Source: Mageeibacillus sp. UBA1212
GTDB taxonomy: Bacteria > Bacillota > Clostridia > UBA1212
DNA length: 61,950 nucleotides
Reading direction: 5' to 3'
NCBI GenBank assembly: GCA_002309655.1
Contig: DBXM01000028.1
Coordinates: 1 to 61,950 of the forward strand
Part shown: piece after piece, positions 58,124 through 61,950 of the stretch
How the letters are laid out: each line of letters opens with the position of its first letter
How positions within the stretch are numbered: the first letter of the stretch is position 1
Notes under the pieces: generated by a model
The model's database searches: none
What the model saw: only the letters and a program-made list of their open reading frames with translations
Told to the model about the DNA's origin: nothing
Translations under genes and position numbers: made by a program

Positions 58124-59092
58124 TTAGAAGAGTTTCGCGGCTTCGAGCAGAACGTCGCGCGAGGGACCGGGAATTCTCCCGAGCGCGTCCGGGCCGACGT
58201 TTAAAAGATAGTTGATGCCGCGTGAATTGAGGTGCTTCCTGAGCCTGGCGATCTCCTCGGGCGACTTCCAGTTGTTGTCGTAGGATTTGTACCCCCAGGT
58301 GTCGTTGATCGTGCAGGGAGACTCGTAGAGCATTCCCGCCTTGTCGTCCGCGGGAATTTCGTTGTCCTCGCAGGACACGTAGTCACCGTAGCCGTTCCCT
58401 ATTCTCGAGTTAATGAGGCAGTCCGGCTGCCAGAATTTGACGAGTTTGTAGAGTTCGTCGGTCTGTTCGCGGGAGAGCGTCACCGGCACGTCGAACCAGA
58501 TCAGGCAGAGGTCGCCGTACTTGGTAAGAATCTCCTTCACCTGCGGTTTAATCTTCTCCTCGAAGCAGTTCGTGTAGTTCTTGGCGGAGTCGTCAGGGTA
58601 GTCCCAGTTGTTGGTGAGATATGCAACGTCGCCGCACCATATCTTGCCGCTCCGGTAACCGCCGCCGTCCGGGTGCTGCCAGTCCAGGTCCTGAGAGTAG
58701 TAAAGGCCCAGCTTCAGACCGTGTTTTTTGCAGGCAGCCGCCAGCTCCTCCACCACGTCGCGCTTAAAAGGTGTCGCGTCGTAAACGTTATACGGGCTGA
58801 CATCCGATTTGAACATCGCGAAGCCGTCGTGGTGCTTCGACGTGAACACGATATATTTCATTCCCGCGTCCTTCGCGAGCTTCACCCACTCCTCCGCGTC
58901 GAAATACACCGGGTTGAACGCCTCCGCCAGCTTCGAGTACTCCGCCAGCGGTATTCTGAAATACTGCTGAGCCCACTCGCCAATGTAGCCGTTCATGCGC
59001 TTGCCCTTCCACTCGCCACCGAGAAGCGCGTAAAGGCCCCAGTGCACCATCATTCCGTATTGCGCGTCTCTGAACCATTCTCCGGGTGTCAT
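58124..59092 (-). CDS. Alpha-L-fucosidase (GH29)
   Basis: HWGLY, KHHDGF, GLYYS..DW, IWFD, WGY, LLNVGP. Confidence 0.93.
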   Translation of the reverse strand: MTPGEWFRDAQYGMMVHWGLYALLGGEWKGKRMNGYIGEWAQQYFRIPLAEYSKLAEAFNPVYFDAEEWVKLAKDAGMKYIVFTSKHHDGFAMFKSDVSPYNVYDATPFKRDVVEELAAACKKHGLKLGLYYSQDLDWQHPDGGGYRSGKIWCGDVAYLTNNWDYPDDSAKNYTNCFEEKIKPQVKEILTKYGDLCLIWFDVPVTLSREQTDELYKLVKFWQPDCLINSRIGNGYGDYVSCEDNEIPADDKAGMLYESPCTINDTWGYKSYDNNWKSPEEIARLRKHLNSRGINYLLNVGPDALGRIPGPSRDVLLEAAKLF

Positions 59093-59150
59093 AAACAAAG
59101 TTCCTCCGTGATACCGAATTTTGCCTTTATTTAGCCAAATTACCGCCCTG

Positions 59151-59645
59151 TTACTTTGCGGCTTCGGCGGGCTTTTTCGCCTTTTTCTTCCGCTTGCTGA
59201 TCTTCATGATCCACGCGTCCTCCGAGTGGCCCTTTCTGAGGCGCAGCGACTTCGCTTTGAGAATCGCGTTCATCTCGGTCTCCAGCTTCTCGTCGAGGCC
59301 GTGCTTTTTGAGCAATCTTCTGAACCGCTGCAGCGTCGACGCGTCGGGAACGGTATCCTCGAAAAAGTCGAGATTCATGAAGCTGCGCATCGCGTAGCTG
59401 TCGTAAATGCCGTCCTCCGCGGACTCGGCCGAAAGCCCGAAGACCTCCTGCATAATGTACATCCGGATCATCGACTCGATGCCCACAGGCTTCCTGCCCC
59501 GCCGCTTGTTATAGTAGTAAGGCTGCACCGCCTCGGCCCACTCGGTCCACGGCAGTATCTCTTCAAGCGTCTCGAGAAGAATATCCTTCCTCGTCCTCTT
59601 TTTCCTGTTTTCGTATTCCAGATTTGAAAAACTCTGCTGTTTCAT
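59151..59645 (-). CDS. Truncated IS5-family transposase (N-terminal DUF772-like region only)
   Basis: MKQQSF..LEY..RK.TR, LPW, GRKP, ED.IYDSYAMR.F, VPDA.TL..FR.LL; ends before a complete DDE domain. Confidence 0.85.
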   Translation of the reverse strand: MKQQSFSNLEYENRKKRTRKDILLETLEEILPWTEWAEAVQPYYYNKRRGRKPVGIESMIRMYIMQEVFGLSAESAEDGIYDSYAMRSFMNLDFFEDTVPDASTLQRFRRLLKKHGLDEKLETEMNAILKAKSLRLRKGHSEDAWIMKISKRKKKAKKPAEAAK

Positions 59646-59706
59646 GGCGTTTTCCTTATAAAAAGTCAGGCGTTATCCGCTCTATTTTCTTCCTTTTTCC
59701 GCCCTT

Positions 59707-59735
59707 ATTATATCAAATTCGCGCCGCAGGGTCAA
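59707..59735 (-). promoter_or_regulatory. Sigma-A promoter upstream of the truncated transposase
   Basis: TTGACC-17nt-TATAAT with extended TG. Confidence 0.8.
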
Positions 59736-59896
59736 CTTGAACCGCCGGGTTTCGGACGGTTTCCGGACCGTTTTAAACCCTTACGCACGCAACTATAACA
59801 GCCGCCCCGGAATCAGTCTCCCGGGGCGGCGTTTTTCATGAAAATTCGTTTCCCGCCGTCTGGCGGAGAGAATTATTCACTTTATTGATTTTGTTA

Positions 59897-61225
59897 TCAG
59901 AAGCTCTTCTTTTTGAGAACGACTGTTGCGCAGAGCGCCAGAACCGCAACAACAGCCACAACGGTGAGTGTGGAGTCGCCTGTGGGCGTCTCGGGAGCCG
60001 ACGACTGACCCGCGGAAACGTTGACCGTCCAGATGACCTCTGTTCCGGCTTCTGTGGTCACGAACGCCTCGACCTTGTACGACCCTTCGGTGATCGGAAC
60101 CATGATGGCGTAGCGGGACGAGTAAGACGCGCCTTTGTTCGCCGCAGCGTTGACAACGCCCTCCTCAGCCGGGTATACGAAATCGGGTTGTGTAACAGCT
60201 TCGCCGCCGTTGATTCTGTAGCCGAAACCCTTGATCTCGGTGCCGGTTCCGACCCAGCCCCAGATCTTCAGCTCTTTGCCGATGTCCGCAAGCAGATCCA
60301 CGTCGGTAACCGCGTCGTTTCCGCCGAATTCTGCTCTGTCCGCACCGTCCACCATAAGCTGGTCGCGTGCAACAGTTATAACGTCGGACGCCGGCTCGGG
60401 TTCAACAGGCTCACCCGGCTCAACAGGTTCTGTCGAGGTGCCCGGATCCTGGGCCGTTCCCTCTTTGAACTCGCGAACGACAACGTTGTCGATGGTAAGC
60501 AGGTCGTTTCTCTGATAGAAACCGAAGGTTCCCTCATCCGGGAATTCAGCGTCACCCTTGAACACTTCTTCGCCGGCGGAGTTGTAAGCGGTCACTTCTT
60601 CGTTGCCGAGAACGAGCGTTACGATCTCTTTGCCGTTGATGTAGAGAGTTACGAGGTCGCCGAGGTCAACCAGTCTGACATGACCGGAAGATCCGTCGTA
60701 GCCTGTCGGGAACGTGAGCATGAACTGCGCAGCTTCGCCCCACTCGCCGCCGTCGTTAAGAGCCACGCCAAGTTTTCCGGCCTGGGGTTTAATCAAAAGG
60801 TCGAACGCGATTCCGCATCCGAGCTCGCTCGCCTGGGGAACGCCGAACCTGCCGCCGTTGTTGAATTCGGAAGCGCAGTTTCCGGGAGCGCGGATACCGA
60901 AACCGTAGTAGCAGTCTCTCTTGTCGCCCTCAAAGTCGAAGTCGAGAACGTAATTCTCGATATAGTCGTCTTCGGGAATAAAGTTCGCCGCGTAGCCGCC
61001 CGCTATCCAGTTGTCTCCCTTACCGAGAGTCAACTTTCCGTCAAGGATCTGGACGCCCTCTCTTACGATCCAGTAATCGGTGTCGAGCTCGTCGTCCGAG
61101 AAATCATCGGAGAAAATAATCTCACCCGACTCGTCGACCGGTTTCGCCTTGCTCTCGGCAAACGCGGGAACAGCAAGTGCGAGGCAAAGAGCAATGCAAA
61201 TCGCTATCGCTAAAAGCTTTTTCAT
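59897..61225 (-). CDS. Secreted cell-surface protein with C-terminal TGD sorting-like signal
   Basis: Signal peptide ending AFA; acidic body; PEP linker; PETPTGD + TM + KKK tail. Confidence 0.8.
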   Translation of the reverse strand: MKKLLAIAICIALCLALAVPAFAESKAKPVDESGEIIFSDDFSDDELDTDYWIVREGVQILDGKLTLGKGDNWIAGGYAANFIPEDDYIENYVLDFDFEGDKRDCYYGFGIRAPGNCASEFNNGGRFGVPQASELGCGIAFDLLIKPQAGKLGVALNDGGEWGEAAQFMLTFPTGYDGSSGHVRLVDLGDLVTLYINGKEIVTLVLGNEEVTAYNSAGEEVFKGDAEFPDEGTFGFYQRNDLLTIDNVVVREFKEGTAQDPGTSTEPVEPGEPVEPEPASDVITVARDQLMVDGADRAEFGGNDAVTDVDLLADIGKELKIWGWVGTGTEIKGFGYRINGGEAVTQPDFVYPAEEGVVNAAANKGASYSSRYAIMVPITEGSYKVEAFVTTEAGTEVIWTVNVSAGQSSAPETPTGDSTLTVVAVVAVLALCATVVLKKKSF

Positions 61226-61413
61226 ATAACAAACCTCCCTTGGATGTTGTGAATGTTTTGATAGTCTTATTCTACCCTTTTCCGCCGATTTCGTCAACAG
61301 GAATAACGCATTTTCACGCAATTTCGAGCATTTTCCGCACATTTTTACCGCTGATGAACCTTCAGGCAATATAAAAAATCGGACCGGTATTTCGTTACCG
61401 GTCCGGACTGCGC

Positions 61414-61488
61414 TGGTGACTCTTACGAGAATCGAACTCGTGTTTCCGCCGTGAGAGGGCGGCGTCTTAGCCGCTTGACCAAAGAGCC
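61414..61488 (-). tRNA. tRNA-Glu(CTC)
   Basis: GGCTCTT...AAGAGTCACCA; anticodon arm CCGCC-CTCTCAC-GGCGG; GTTCGATTC. Confidence 0.96.
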
Positions 61489-61507
61489 GTTTTTCAGGCG
61501 CTCAAGT

Positions 61508-61536
61508 ATAATATCACTTTCTAAACCTCCTGTCAA
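61508..61536 (-). promoter_or_regulatory. Sigma-A promoter of tRNA-Glu
   Basis: TTGACA-17nt-TATTAT with extended TG. Confidence 0.85.
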
Positions 61537-61701
61537 CAACTTTTTTAAAAAAATCTCCAAAAACCCCGAAACGATCAATCCGGACGTCCGATTCGCGCCC
61601 TTTCAAGGCAAAAACCGGGAGGAAGCGGTGCCGTTTTGAAACCGCTTCTTCCCGGTCTGCTTAAGCCGCGTCAATCAAATGCGGCTCTTGTTTAGCTAAA
61701 A

Positions 61702-61950
61702 TCAGAACGCTCTCTTGCGGAAGATGACAACCGCCGCGAGGGAGATGACCGCCACGATTGAGATGAGCGCCACGGTGGCGTCGCCGGTCTGCGGAACGGG
61801 ATCGGTGTGAGGCTGTTCAACGTACTGCGCCTTGTAGTTGACGTAGGCGTCTCTGTCCTTTTCGCCCTCGAATCTGTTCAGCTTGACGATGTCGCCGTTG
61901 TCCATTTTCGCAACAGCCTGGATCTTGTGCTCTTTGCCGTCCTTGAGACC
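61702..61950 (-). CDS. 3' end of a cell-surface protein with VPQTGD sorting signal (partial)
   Basis: Frame open to window edge; VPQTGD + hydrophobic segment + RKRAF. Confidence 0.8.
   Translation of the reverse strand, partial: GLKDGKEHKIQAVAKMDNGDIVKLNRFEGEKDRDAYVNYKAQYVEQPHTDPVPQTGDATVALISIVAVISLAAVVIFRKRAF

Overview
This is a GC-rich Clostridia-like (Bacillota) chromosomal segment, almost entirely minus-strand. The backbone includes ftsH, ssb, trmL, murG, iorA-iorB-paaK-ACT, rpsT, HU, an ispH-rpsA fusion, a folC-cmk fusion with folT and a THF-like riboswitch, pta-ackA, rdgB, lepB, rluB, mtaB, a SNF2 helicase, luxS-mtnN, GH43/GH78/GH29 hydrolases, 6S RNA and tRNA-Gln(TTG)/Pro(GGG)/Glu(CTC). 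The most unusual part is 1-5.7 kb, downstream of tRNA-Gln: a co-oriented run of small accessory genes bounded by a recurring 17-bp inverted site (CAAATCCCGRTTTGWCG / CGAYAAACYGGAATTTG). At two junctions the sites form ~48-bp imperfect palindromes, like an integron-style cassette array, but no recombinase lies in the window. Other notable items are a four-copy covarying structured repeat at gene 3' ends, a group IIC intron 3' remnant, an XRE-sigma4 chimeric regulator with an anti-sigma-like partner, a promoter-bearing truncated IS5 transposase, and two in-frame stops at probable Lys codons. All calls are by eye; no database searches were run. Start codons were adjusted to the likely RBS-supported start.
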